A DNA stretch of 64,000 nt from an uncultured Eubacteriales bacterium (lineage in GTDB: Bacteria > Bacillota > Clostridia > Christensenellales > DTU072): NCBI GenBank assembly GCA_949292905.1, contig CASFAV010000003.1:32050-96049 (forward strand). The letters are read 5' to 3'. Both the position numbers and the translations under genes were made by a program. Below the pieces are notes generated by a model. The model was not told the DNA's origin, did not search any database, and worked only from the letters and a program-made list of their open reading frames with translations. Shown here piece by piece: positions 51,401 to 60,428 of the stretch. Position 1 is the first letter of the stretch. Each line of letters opens with the position of its first letter.

Positions 51401-54156
51401 AAGATCCTTCTTCCTATGCCGTCGGAGACGTAGGACTTTATAAAGTGACTATTGCCGACGTAAGCGACTCGGAGCATTACGTGCCGCATCTGTACGGCGC
51501 GGAGAACGCCGCGGACGGTACGGAGTATCTTATTTATACCGTGGTACCGCGCGAAGTGAGCGTGTCTTACGCCGTGGCGGGGCAACCTGCGGCTTCGGCA
51601 GAGCTCGTATATAACGACTCCGCGTTTAACATAGGAGCCCAATTCACGGACGCTCTGGGTAAAACCGTTTCTCTTGCCGGATATCTGAAGATATATCTCG
51701 GCGGCACTCCCGTTACGGAAGTGAAAGACGCGGGCGATTACGAAGTCCGCGTGGAGAATTTCGATAACGCCAATTATACACTCTCCAACCCTTCGCAGGA
51801 GTTTACGGTAGCCAAAGCGGATCAGACGGCGATAGCCGTTACCGCTGTAGTAGGCGGCGTCACTGCGACGGAGGCGGCTTTTACGGACGAGATAACGTTC
51901 GGCGTTACGGGCGGAACTCTTGTCGGCTCCGAAACGGTATTCGAGCTTGTCACGGGAGATGAGGTCACCGGAGAGGGTACGGTAGCGGACAGCGTATTGA
52001 TACCTTCCAAAGCTGGCGTTTTCCGTGTGAGGGCGACGCTTATCGGCAACGAAAATTATAACGACGTTTCGGCGGAAACCGTACTCACCGTCAATAAATC
52101 CGAACTGAAAATTTCGTTCGGCGGCGAAGCTGAGTTCAATTATCTGGACGAGATAATATTCCCGATAGTGTACGAAGGGCTCCGCGCGGACGAAAGCGAA
52201 CCTGCAGGGCTTGCGGGAATAGCGATTTATTTGAACGGCGAGCCGTTCGATCCGCAGAAGGCATACGACGCCGACGTGTACGAGCTTACGTTGGACGTTT
52301 CGGGCGCTACGGCGTACGGATATACGCTTGCGCTCGGAGAAAACGCCGTCAGCACGCTTACCGTGAATAAGCGCGCCGTGACGATCCGCGCGTCGGGCGC
52401 GACTTCCGTTTACGGCGAACCGGACGCGGAAATACGATTCGAGATCATGAACGACGACAAAGTTACCGTCGGCATGATAGCGGGCGAGTTATCGAGAGAC
52501 GAGGGTGTTGCCGTAGGCAAATATGCGATCACACTCGGCACGCTCAACGAATCCAACCCCAATTTCTCGATTTCTCTCTATGAAGGAGAGGACGCGGGCG
52601 TATACGTTATAACCGTAGCTCAACTCACCGTCAGGATAACCGCTCAATCGAAATATTACGGGGAACCCGATCCCGCAGTCCGGTACGTTGTGGACGGACT
52701 GGCTTATGAAGATACCGAAGAAAGTATCGGTCTTATCGACGTCGCTACCGTCGTCGACCGCGTTCAAGGCGAATCCGCCGCAATAGGCACCGTCGTGGGC
52801 GTCGGTTACGATTATACGCTCAGACAGGGCGCCGCGATAACGCACTCGTCCGCCAACTACGCAAGTACCGTTATATTCGAAAAAGCGGCGCTTACGATCT
52901 TACCCGCCGCTCCGACTCCCGCGGAAATACCTTCTGTGTCGCTCGACGCGAAGTGCTCGCTTTCGGCTGTTTCCGCGCCGCAGGTAGCGTTTAACGGAGC
53001 TAAAGGCGAGGGACTCACAGGCGTTTACGCCTGGAAGGACGGCGCTTACGTTCCGGATTTCACCGACAGCGCGACCGTGAAGTGCGTGGCGGTATTTACT
53101 CCCTACGATCTCAATTACGCCGCTACGGAATATCCCGTAAACGTGAAAGTCATTCCCAAGAATGTGACCGTCACTTTCTCGGGTAGCTCCACCGTCACTT
53201 ATACGGGCGGTCAACAGCCCGACGTCGAATTCACGATAGACGGCGTTGACGAGGGTGACGATCTCGGAGTTTCGGTAACGTACAGCGGCGACCGCACGAA
53301 TGCCGGAACATTCAAAGCCACCGTAACGATATCCAATATGAATTACGCCGTATCCGGAAGCGCTACGCGCACGATAACGATAGAAAAGGCAGTACTCAAC
53401 GTGTCGTTGACCGAAAGCGAGATCACCGTCAACGAAGGCGATACCGTGGAATACGAAATTTACTATTTCGGATTTGTGGGAAGCGACGACGAGAGCGTCC
53501 TCAACTCGGCGGCTACCGTGACCTTCCCCGCCGAACCGGGCGTGTATAACGTTTCGCCGGAAGGCGTTTCGGCGGATAATTATACCGTTAAATACGGCGT
53601 GACCGTATTCCGCGTAAACAGAGGAATGCTTTATTCCGAAACTTCCGACGTCATTATGGAAGGAAGTTTCCCCGCTTCGATAGAGGTGTCCGTAGTCGCG
53701 AAGGAAAACAACGAAGACGGTATCGACTCCGAATTCAACGCATTGAAAGCGGCTTACAATGTTCTCGGAGACAAAACGCTGAGCGAAGTACTCCGTATAG
53801 AATATCTTGACGACGGCGAAGCGTACGAATACAGAGACAAAGTAAGCATATCGATGATGCTCGACGAGAAATACGAGGACACGACCAAGCTCGCTTTCGC
53901 GGTAAAGACTTACGACGGCGACATCCTGTACGTTTCCGACGTTACATACAAAGACGGCAGGGCGATATTCGACGTCGAGAATGCCGAATACGTCATCGTC
54001 GCCTACGCGACCGGCGAAGAGAGCAATGTTTTATTGTATGCCGGAATAGGCGCGGGCGCTGCGGTCATCGTGATAATCCTCGTAGCGGTCGCGGTGAAAC
54101 TCAAACGCAAACGCGCGGCGCGCTTCATCAAGTACCGCGACGATATCGAGGATTGA
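48499..54156 (+). CDS. Giant cell-surface protein with GLUG motifs, MBG-like repeats and a C-terminal TM anchor
   Basis: 1885 aa, starting at GTG 48499 or ATG 48505. It has a signal peptide. GLUG units are present (IGGIAGYNAG, IGGIAGHNAG). There are many ~80-aa modules ending in '...NY(T/A)...' followed by 'V.KA.L' (for example 'ANYTLSNPSQEFTVAKA', 'MNYAVSGSATRTITIEKAVL'). A C-terminal hydrophobic helix plus 'KLKRKRAARF' closes the protein. Confidence 0.8.
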   Translation: MPMYSAAGNRKVLLMISVLFAVVCACIFFYAGAGDARSAVEAEAADELNGGGTELNPYIISDAEDLAIMSDLVNNGDEATYRSAYYSLTASVDLDDLVGTEYKFAPIGTATKPFIGNFNGNGNLVYNLDIVENSATAPLLADRYIGLFGYVGAGGNVSNVGVTGASYGKNTAFVIGGIAGYNAGTIYQCFFEGTITGSDTIGGIAGHNAGTVRSCFANGALYAGVNNAKLGGLIGVNDFSGSVSYSYNQCSLNVSVQNAYNVGGIIGNQLAVTAHSYCYYNSSLNPSLKALGASSAGASAPADTDTFRGMTSQETDSAALTEIFGLETSNSWVRKYRLNDHTGYTGLLLKVFDVAGCDDSALSAAVTVRMFGIDRSSSAVWGSEENPYLVTNAAQLDNLAVAVNDYSESFAGDYFLLTADVTPSASFKGIGVYANNSALNRPFAGTFDGGNHTVRGLNISSASDNYLGFFGYASGAQIRNLTLEENCLVSGGNYVGSLIGYAVNAVVKNVASFAVVESAYGNSGGIVGYDERGAYDSVLSAVTLAAPDNVSAVYGFIGNGRTVLSVSNVWYLAQDVKGGKVNRFLTSNNLGAVLRVDTAYGNVAASKDADGNITFAAAASGGWSTEFRLATESVVMAGEVFTAPRSAYYNANTVYARFVKEITASVTGAATATFRETGTSSGKYYVGQQYRLAVTVADGHYLKSISGAGEGTFVYEPQSLSVVYTDVMREKTSVLGVTIEEIIYDDINFPITRVYNAQPVEFDKGILRNMPADFRADVLYSSGSAPVNASADGVPYTLTIVYYNAADVRVGSKNVAFTITRAELSVTDATGLPYSKQWDNSDTAEGVTVDISAVSGIYAGDEVTVTANMRFGSSDITGDTKTDITYTFAVSGRSASNYTAPSSVTRYGVGEITKRDVYFKPLSLTGIYNALYPSFGSWDVIDEITGAKVNPSFEFVKVIEDGSGGYAEDPSSYAVGDVGLYKVTIADVSDSEHYVPHLYGAENAADGTEYLIYTVVPREVSVSYAVAGQPAASAELVYNDSAFNIGAQFTDALGKTVSLAGYLKIYLGGTPVTEVKDAGDYEVRVENFDNANYTLSNPSQEFTVAKADQTAIAVTAVVGGVTATEAAFTDEITFGVTGGTLVGSETVFELVTGDEVTGEGTVADSVLIPSKAGVFRVRATLIGNENYNDVSAETVLTVNKSELKISFGGEAEFNYLDEIIFPIVYEGLRADESEPAGLAGIAIYLNGEPFDPQKAYDADVYELTLDVSGATAYGYTLALGENAVSTLTVNKRAVTIRASGATSVYGEPDAEIRFEIMNDDKVTVGMIAGELSRDEGVAVGKYAITLGTLNESNPNFSISLYEGEDAGVYVITVAQLTVRITAQSKYYGEPDPAVRYVVDGLAYEDTEESIGLIDVATVVDRVQGESAAIGTVVGVGYDYTLRQGAAITHSSANYASTVIFEKAALTILPAAPTPAEIPSVSLDAKCSLSAVSAPQVAFNGAKGEGLTGVYAWKDGAYVPDFTDSATVKCVAVFTPYDLNYAATEYPVNVKVIPKNVTVTFSGSSTVTYTGGQQPDVEFTIDGVDEGDDLGVSVTYSGDRTNAGTFKATVTISNMNYAVSGSATRTITIEKAVLNVSLTESEITVNEGDTVEYEIYYFGFVGSDDESVLNSAATVTFPAEPGVYNVSPEGVSADNYTVKYGVTVFRVNRGMLYSETSDVIMEGSFPASIEVSVVAKENNEDGIDSEFNALKAAYNVLGDKTLSEVLRIEYLDDGEAYEYRDKVSISMMLDEKYEDTTKLAFAVKTYDGDILYVSDVTYKDGRAIFDVENAEYVIVAYATGEESNVLLYAGIGAGAAVIVIILVAVAVKLKRKRAARFIKYRDDIED

Positions 54157-54196
54157 CGACGTGACCGTTTAGTCCGAACGTATATCGACTTCGAAG

Positions 54197-54228
54197 AAGC
54201 TCTCTCCCGCAACGAGAGAGCTTTTTTG
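54197..54228 (+). terminator. Intrinsic terminator
   Basis: Hairpin aagctctctc-ccgcaac-gagagagctt followed by ttttt. Confidence 0.85.
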
Positions 54229-54403
54229 TGCGGAGCATGCTTGTGCGGCGGACAGAGACGATATTTTTGTTCAGGTTACCTTTTTACAAGTTTACGTTGC
54301 CGCAACTTCAATGTTCACGGCAGGATGCGTTGCTTGCGCCTCCGCGCCGGCTCCGTCGACGCACGGTTGCATACGCGCGCGGCGCGGGTACAATATATTA
54401 CAT

Positions 54404-54432
54404 TTGACTTTTGTCTCATTTTATAGTAATAT
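54404..54432 (+). promoter_or_regulatory. Sigma-70-type promoter for citrate synthase
   Basis: TTGACT (54404-54409), a 17-nt spacer, then TAATAT (54427-54432). Confidence 0.6.
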
Positions 54433-54469
54433 ATTTAGCATACAATATTTTTCTGTAAGGAGGTGCATA

Positions 54470-55843
54470 ATGGCCAAAACGGAAAATCCCAAACAGCGCG
54501 TCGCCAAACGTATCAAAGGTCTGGCGAATATGGCGAGGAAAAGCACCATTATCAAAGAGGAGTACTATGAACAGCACGACTGTAAACGCGGACTGCGCGA
54601 CATTAACGGTAAAGGCGTAGTCGTAGGTCTTACGGAGATAAGCGAGATCATAGCTTCCAAAGTGAACGACAAGGGCGTCAGGGAACCTTGCAACGGCGAA
54701 CTTTATTATCGCGGCATCCTTCTCGACGACATAGTCAAAGGTTTCATCCGCGAGAAGCGCTTCGGCTTCGAAGAAGTCACTTACCTTTTGCTTTTCGGTA
54801 AATTGCCCAATGCCGAAGAACTTTCGGCTTTCAACAATATGCTCGCCGAGCTCAGGACGTTGCCGTCCGGATTTTTACGCGACGTCATCATGAAAAGACC
54901 GTCCGTCGACATGATGAACGTGCTGCAACGCAGCGTGCTCACGCTTTACGCGTACGACGACAACGCGGACGACATTTCCATAGAGAACGTGTTGTTGCAA
55001 TGTATGGACCTTATAGCCAAATTCCCGATGCTTTCGGTTTACGGCTACCAGGTATTCAAGCATTATTACGATGACGGAAGCCTCATAATACACAATCCCG
55101 ATCCCGCCATGAGTACGGCGGAGAATACTTTGCGCATGCTTCGTCCCGACGGCGAATACAGCGCGCTCGAAGCCAAGCTTCTCGACCTGTGTCTCGTGCT
55201 TCACGCGGAACACGGCGGCGGCAACAACTCCACTTTCACCGACCACGTGGTGAGCAGCTCCGGCACCGATACTTATTCCGCTATAGCGGCTTCGCTCGGC
55301 TCGCTCAAAGGACCCCGCCACGGCGGCGCGAACGTGAAGGTCATCAAGATGATGGAGGATATCCGCGAACACGTTGATCCGTATTCCGATTCCAGCATCG
55401 AGAATTATCTCAATCAGATACTCGACAAAAAAGCCTTCGACAATTCGGGACTCATATACGGAATGGGACACGCGGTGTATTCGCTTTCCGACCCGCGCGC
55501 GAAGATACTCAAGAGCTTCATCAAACCTCTCGCGATAGAGAAGGGGCTCGAGGACGAATATAAATTCTATCGCAAGATAGAGACCATAGCTCCTCAGGTC
55601 ATCGCCGCGAAACGCAAGATGTATAAAGGCGTTTCCGCCAACATCGACTTCTATTCGGGGCTCATATACCGTCTGCTCGGCATTCCGACCGAACTTTTCA
55701 CTCCCATATTCGCTATGGCGCGTATGTCCGGCTGGAGCGCCCACCGCATCGAGGAGCTTGCCAACGGCGGTAAGATAATCCGTCCCGCCTACGACGCGGT
55801 AGCGGAACACAGTCCCTACGTCAAACTCAGCGAAAGGAAATAA
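54470..55843 (+). CDS. Citrate synthase
   Basis: I trimmed the track ORF to the ATG at 54470, preceded by AAGGAGG. 457 aa with 'LHAEHGGGNNSTF', 'GPRHGGAN', 'YGMGHAVY' and 'NIDFYSG' citrate-synthase motifs. Confidence 0.9.
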   Translation: MAKTENPKQRVAKRIKGLANMARKSTIIKEEYYEQHDCKRGLRDINGKGVVVGLTEISEIIASKVNDKGVREPCNGELYYRGILLDDIVKGFIREKRFGFEEVTYLLLFGKLPNAEELSAFNNMLAELRTLPSGFLRDVIMKRPSVDMMNVLQRSVLTLYAYDDNADDISIENVLLQCMDLIAKFPMLSVYGYQVFKHYYDDGSLIIHNPDPAMSTAENTLRMLRPDGEYSALEAKLLDLCLVLHAEHGGGNNSTFTDHVVSSSGTDTYSAIAASLGSLKGPRHGGANVKVIKMMEDIREHVDPYSDSSIENYLNQILDKKAFDNSGLIYGMGHAVYSLSDPRAKILKSFIKPLAIEKGLEDEYKFYRKIETIAPQVIAAKRKMYKGVSANIDFYSGLIYRLLGIPTELFTPIFAMARMSGWSAHRIEELANGGKIIRPAYDAVAEHSPYVKLSERK

Positions 55844-55879
55844 CATTAAATAAGGATACTGTAGATCCGACGAGGTTAT

Positions 55880-57505
55880 ATGCTTAACGTTATCCCCAGA
55901 CCGGCTTATGCCGAGGAGAAATTCGGAGAATTCGTGATCAATTCCGATACCACCGTGTACGCGGACGACCAACTCGCTTATGCGCGCGACGCTCTGATCG
56001 GCTGCGTCGAAAAGGCGTGCGGCTACCGTATGCAGGTAGTAGTCAGCCGCAAAGCTAAAATACAGTTTCTTTTCGACAGGCACGTAGCCCGCGAGGGCTA
56101 CGTGCTCGAAGCCACCACAGACAGCCTTGTCGTGAGGGCGTCCGCCATCGCAGGCGCTTTTTACGCGGTACAGACCGTAAGACAGCTTACCATGGCGGAT
56201 CTCATAGATTCGCCTACGGTGCTGTCGATGCACGCCGTGTCGATCAAGGACGAGCCCGCTTACGCATACCGAGGACTGATGTTCGACGAAGCAAGGTATT
56301 TCCACGGGGCGGATACCGTCAAGACGATCCTCGACATGATGGCGTTTCATAAGCTCAACGTTTTCCACTGGCATCTCACCGATAACGAAGGGTGGCGCGT
56401 AGAGATCAAGAAGTATCCCAAACTTACCGAAGTGGGAGCCTATCGTAAAGGAAGTCAGTATCTTGCCTGGGGCAACAAATCGATAGAAAAGACTCCTCAC
56501 GAAGGCTTTTATACGCAGCAGGAGATCAAAGAGATCGTGGCGTACGCCGCGAGGCTCAACATTATGATAGTACCCGAGATAGATATGCCCGCGCATTTAG
56601 GCGCGGCTATCGCGGCGTATCCCGAATTAAGCTGCCGCGACGTGCTCACCGACGTCCCGATCATACACGGCGGCACACCCGAGAATCAAGGTATCGGCGA
56701 TATAATAGGGTGCGCGGGCAAGGAATTCACTTACAGGTTCATATACGACGTTATAGACGAATTGTCCGCTTTATTCCCCGCGCCGTATTTCCATATCGGC
56801 GGAGACGAAGCGCCCAAAAGCGAATGGAAAAAGTGTCCTCACTGCCAGGAAATGATGCGAAAATACGGACTTGAGAACGAGGAACAGCTGCAGGGATACA
56901 TGAATAACAAGATAGCCGTTTACCTCAAGCGCAAAGGCAAAAGGCTCATCGGTTGGAACGAGATACTCACCGCAAAGAAGCTCGACAGTTCCGTCATAGC
57001 TCAATACTGGACTTACAGGCGCGATCCGCGAGTGGAAAATTATCTTATGAGCGGGCGCGACGTCATAGTCAGCAAGCATCAGGCTTTCTATTTCGATATG
57101 CCTTATGCGCAGAATTCTCTGCGTACCACCTACGAATTTACTCTCGACAAGTACAATATCGGCGAGTATCCGGCGGGTATCCTCGGCGTGGAAGGCACGC
57201 TATGGACGGAATGGATGCCCACCGAAGAAAGAGTGGAATATCAGCTTTTCCCAAGAATGGAAGCGCTCGCGGAGGTCGCGTGGACGCCCGAATCCGAGCG
57301 CAATTACAAAGATTTCATCGCAAGACTCAGGAAGTTCATGCCTATACTCGAGAAAGCGCGCGTCGAATATTGCCCGCTTTCCATGGTCAACGTCAGAAAT
57401 CCTTTCAAGCGGCTTAAGATAGTCAGGACCTTCCAGCGCAAGAACGCTCACGTCGAATACAACAGGGCGATGGTGATCAAGAAGAGAAGAAGATACCGCG
57501 CGTGA
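55880..57505 (+). CDS. Beta-N-acetylhexosaminidase, GH20
   Basis: 541 aa with 'RGLMFDEARYF', 'LNVFHWHLTDNEGWR' and 'HIGGDE'. Confidence 0.9.
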   Translation: MLNVIPRPAYAEEKFGEFVINSDTTVYADDQLAYARDALIGCVEKACGYRMQVVVSRKAKIQFLFDRHVAREGYVLEATTDSLVVRASAIAGAFYAVQTVRQLTMADLIDSPTVLSMHAVSIKDEPAYAYRGLMFDEARYFHGADTVKTILDMMAFHKLNVFHWHLTDNEGWRVEIKKYPKLTEVGAYRKGSQYLAWGNKSIEKTPHEGFYTQQEIKEIVAYAARLNIMIVPEIDMPAHLGAAIAAYPELSCRDVLTDVPIIHGGTPENQGIGDIIGCAGKEFTYRFIYDVIDELSALFPAPYFHIGGDEAPKSEWKKCPHCQEMMRKYGLENEEQLQGYMNNKIAVYLKRKGKRLIGWNEILTAKKLDSSVIAQYWTYRRDPRVENYLMSGRDVIVSKHQAFYFDMPYAQNSLRTTYEFTLDKYNIGEYPAGILGVEGTLWTEWMPTEERVEYQLFPRMEALAEVAWTPESERNYKDFIARLRKFMPILEKARVEYCPLSMVNVRNPFKRLKIVRTFQRKNAHVEYNRAMVIKKRRRYRA

Positions 57506-57506
57506 C

Positions 57507-57953
57507 ATGAGAGTGTTTTCCGTAAAAACGGTCGTAACTCGCGACGATCTCCGTAAACACCTTAAATATCCTTTCAGGCTCGACGGCGACGCTGAAAAAC
57601 TGACGGTCAGGTATTCGTATTCTCCGAAGAAGTACGAGGGCGCGGACTCTTACGCGCTTGCGCGCGCGGCTTTCGAAGAGGCATATCCGGAGGGCGTCGA
57701 GCCTTCGCGCGAGGATATAGAAGCGGAGCTGCCGCTCAACAATCATCTTACGCTGTCGCTCGAGAGAGAGGGTGCGCTCGTGGGCACGGCGCACAGACAC
57801 GAGCCTGTCGCGGAGTATCACGTGTCCGCTTCGGACGCAAGTCCGGGATTTTCACCGACAGCCGTCGAAAAGGGCGAATGGGCGGTAGTGCTTTCGGCGC
57901 ACGCCGTTCTGGACGAAAAACTTACGGCGACGATAGAGGTCGAAGCGGAATGA
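57507..57953 (+). CDS. Hypothetical beta-rich protein, coupled to the PHP gene
   Basis: 148 aa. The stop overlaps the next start (ATGA). I recognise no motifs. Confidence 0.5.
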   Translation: MRVFSVKTVVTRDDLRKHLKYPFRLDGDAEKLTVRYSYSPKKYEGADSYALARAAFEEAYPEGVEPSREDIEAELPLNNHLTLSLEREGALVGTAHRHEPVAEYHVSASDASPGFSPTAVEKGEWAVVLSAHAVLDEKLTATIEVEAE

Positions 57954-58639
57954 ACGACGCGGTATATTATCCCTTCGAATTGCATTGTCATACGTTACAC
58001 AGCGACGGCGCGTTTACGCCGCGGGAACTGGTAAAGGCGGCGGCTGAGCGAGGGCTGAGAGGGATAGCGCTTACCGATCACAATACCGCCACGGGTAACG
58101 CGGAAGCGTTGCGCGCAGGCGAAGAATTCGGTATCGTAGTGATACCGGGGACGGAGTGGACTACCTTTTACGGGCACATTACCGTGCTCGGCGGTCGCTC
58201 CGATATCGACTGGCGAAGCGTGACGCCCGCCAACGCCGCGGATAAGACGGCGCGCGCCGTTGCGCTCGGCGACGTCGCCGTGCTCGCTCACCCTTATAGA
58301 GTGGGATACCCCGTATGCACGGGAGGCAGATCGGAGTTTCCTGAAGAAATTTTCGACGCTCTCACCGGTTACGAGGTGTTTTCGGGACTGCTGTCCGATC
58401 CAACTAACCTGCGGGCTCGCGAGGAATACCTCGGATTGACTGCGGCGGGTAAGAAGTTATCCGCGCTTTACGGCAGGGACTGGCACGGTCCTGGCTCAAA
58501 TAACGGTTACGGGGTGACTATGCTCGGTATATCGGGGACCCTTAATGCCGAGAACGCGCTTGAAGCTATACGTCGCGGGCGCACCGCGGTAGCGGACGGA
58601 TGCGGAAATACGATTATAATAACGCCTTGGCAGGCGTAA
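57950..58639 (+). CDS. PHP-domain metallohydrolase (CehA/McbA-like)
   Basis: I trimmed the track ORF to the ATG at 57950. 'FELHCHTLHSDG' and 'GIALTDHNT' are PHP motifs. Confidence 0.75.
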   Translation: MNDAVYYPFELHCHTLHSDGAFTPRELVKAAAERGLRGIALTDHNTATGNAEALRAGEEFGIVVIPGTEWTTFYGHITVLGGRSDIDWRSVTPANAADKTARAVALGDVAVLAHPYRVGYPVCTGGRSEFPEEIFDALTGYEVFSGLLSDPTNLRAREEYLGLTAAGKKLSALYGRDWHGPGSNNGYGVTMLGISGTLNAENALEAIRRGRTAVADGCGNTIIITPWQA

Positions 58640-58653
58640 TGCGGGAGGAATCT

Positions 58654-59289
58654 ATGATCACGGCTCACGGCGGATCGCTCAACACGGAAAGGAACAGTTA
58701 CGAATATTTCGAAGCCGTCGCAAATTGCGGAATGGACGCCATCGAGGTCGATATACGTTCTGTCGGCGGCAAACTTTATCTGGGGCACCTGATCGTGCCG
58801 CTTTTCAAGTCGAAAAGAATACCTCTCGAATATGTCTTCGAGTATTGCAAGGAGCACCGTCTTAAAGTGAACTGCGACGTAAAAAAAGGCGGCTTGGTGG
58901 CTCCCGTGGCGAAACTCGCCGCGGACATGAACGCCACTCAGTACGTGTATTTCACGGGCTCTGTCAAAGGCGAGGAGATAGCGTCTCTGGGCGGTTGCGA
59001 AGCCTATATGAATAACGGGTTTTATCCGTTCTCGCTCAAAGAAGAAAATCTGGAGAAGATAAAAAAATATCTTGATTCCTTCTCGTCGCCGCGAATTAGA
59101 GGACTCAACGTCAACTACCTTTTTACTCCGGAGAGCCTTCGCGACGCCGTAGTCGCCGCCGGAATGGGACTTTCGGTGTACACCGTGGACAACGAAGAGG
59201 AGTTGAGAAAAATAGTCAATAAAGGTTACGACAACGTCACTACCAACAAGCCCGACAAAGCTCTGGCTTTTATGGAGAACGGAGTATGA
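58654..59289 (+). CDS. Glycerophosphodiester phosphodiesterase-family protein
   Basis: The ATG at 58654 follows GGGAGGA. 'ITAHGGS...' and 'GMDAIEVDIR' are GDPD-type motifs. Confidence 0.7.
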   Translation: MITAHGGSLNTERNSYEYFEAVANCGMDAIEVDIRSVGGKLYLGHLIVPLFKSKRIPLEYVFEYCKEHRLKVNCDVKKGGLVAPVAKLAADMNATQYVYFTGSVKGEEIASLGGCEAYMNNGFYPFSLKEENLEKIKKYLDSFSSPRIRGLNVNYLFTPESLRDAVVAAGMGLSVYTVDNEEELRKIVNKGYDNVTTNKPDKALAFMENGV

Positions 59290-60428
59290 CGGATTTCATC
59301 GTTATAGGTATCGGGAGAATGGGAAGCATACACGCCAAAAATCTCGCGGCGGGCAGAGTGCGCGGCGCGCGGCTCAAGGCGGTATGCGACACGGACGCCG
59401 CCGTGCTTGCGGCTTTCAAAGCGGCTCATCCCGACGTAGAGGTCTATACCGATTACCGCGAGGCGGCGGAGAAGTCCGGAGTAAAAGCGGCAATCGTCGC
59501 GACTCCGCATTATTCGCATACCCGGATAGCGGAGTATTACGTTACGAGAGGGATACACGTTTTGTCCGAGAAGCCGCAGACGGTAACGGTGGGCGAAGCG
59601 CGCCGAATGAACGTGGTCGCCGAGGCGCATCCCGACGTGCTGTACGCGATAATGTATAATCAACGCACCAACCGCATGTATGCTTACGCCAAAAAACTTA
59701 TGGACGAAGGCGCGCTCGGCGAACTGAGAAGGGTGACTCTCATAGTGACGGACTGGTACCGCGCGCAGTGCTATTACGATATGGGAGGCTGGAGAGCGAG
59801 CTGGAACGGCGAAGGCGGCGGATTGCTTATAAATCAATGCGTGCATCAACTGGACATATTGCAGTGGCTTGTGGGGCTTCCCGAATCCCTCATCGCGGTG
59901 GCGAAGACGGTGAACCGCAATATCACCGTAGAGAACGACGTCGCGGTCATAATGCGTTATCCGGGAGGGGCGACGGGCGAATTCGTCGCTTCGGGGCACG
60001 AGCCTCGCGGCACCAATCGTCTCGAAATAGCGGGGGACAAAGGTAAAATAGTCATCGACAAGCACAAAATGGTATATTTCGCATACGAGAAATCGGAACG
60101 CGAGATCAACGCGACCGTGACCGAAGGCTACGGCGGCACGCGGGTGAAAAAAACGCGGGTGACCTACGGCGCTATAAGAAAGCTTACCGATCTCGTTTAC
60201 GGACAGCAGCTGCGCGTGGTGAAGCGTTTCGCGGACGTTCTGAACGGCAAAGCCGCCGCGCCTACGGCGTACGGAGTCGAAGGGGTGCGCGCGCTCGAAT
60301 TCATCAATGCGGTATATCTTTCGGCATATTCAGGCAAAGAAGCGGTATTCCCCGTCGACGCAAAGGAATACGACGCTTTGATAGACAGACTCAGAGAGGA
60401 GGAGAAGAAGCATGTCCGTAAGTTATAA
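59286..60428 (+). CDS. Gfo/Idh/MocA-family NAD(P)-dependent oxidoreductase
   Basis: 380 aa with the N-terminal Rossmann segment 'IVIGIGRMGSIHAKNL' and 'SEKP' following the fold. Confidence 0.8.
   Translation: MTDFIVIGIGRMGSIHAKNLAAGRVRGARLKAVCDTDAAVLAAFKAAHPDVEVYTDYREAAEKSGVKAAIVATPHYSHTRIAEYYVTRGIHVLSEKPQTVTVGEARRMNVVAEAHPDVLYAIMYNQRTNRMYAYAKKLMDEGALGELRRVTLIVTDWYRAQCYYDMGGWRASWNGEGGGLLINQCVHQLDILQWLVGLPESLIAVAKTVNRNITVENDVAVIMRYPGGATGEFVASGHEPRGTNRLEIAGDKGKIVIDKHKMVYFAYEKSEREINATVTEGYGGTRVKKTRVTYGAIRKLTDLVYGQQLRVVKRFADVLNGKAAAPTAYGVEGVRALEFINAVYLSAYSGKEAVFPVDAKEYDALIDRLREEEKKHVRKL

Noticed and set aside
48937-51642. Minus-strand ORFs 48937..50652 and 50659..51642
   Set aside because: They are antisense to the 1885-aa surface-protein gene. 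They are shadow ORFs.
54875-56596. 573-aa minus-strand ORF
   Set aside because: It is antisense to citrate synthase and GH20, both of which are motif-supported.
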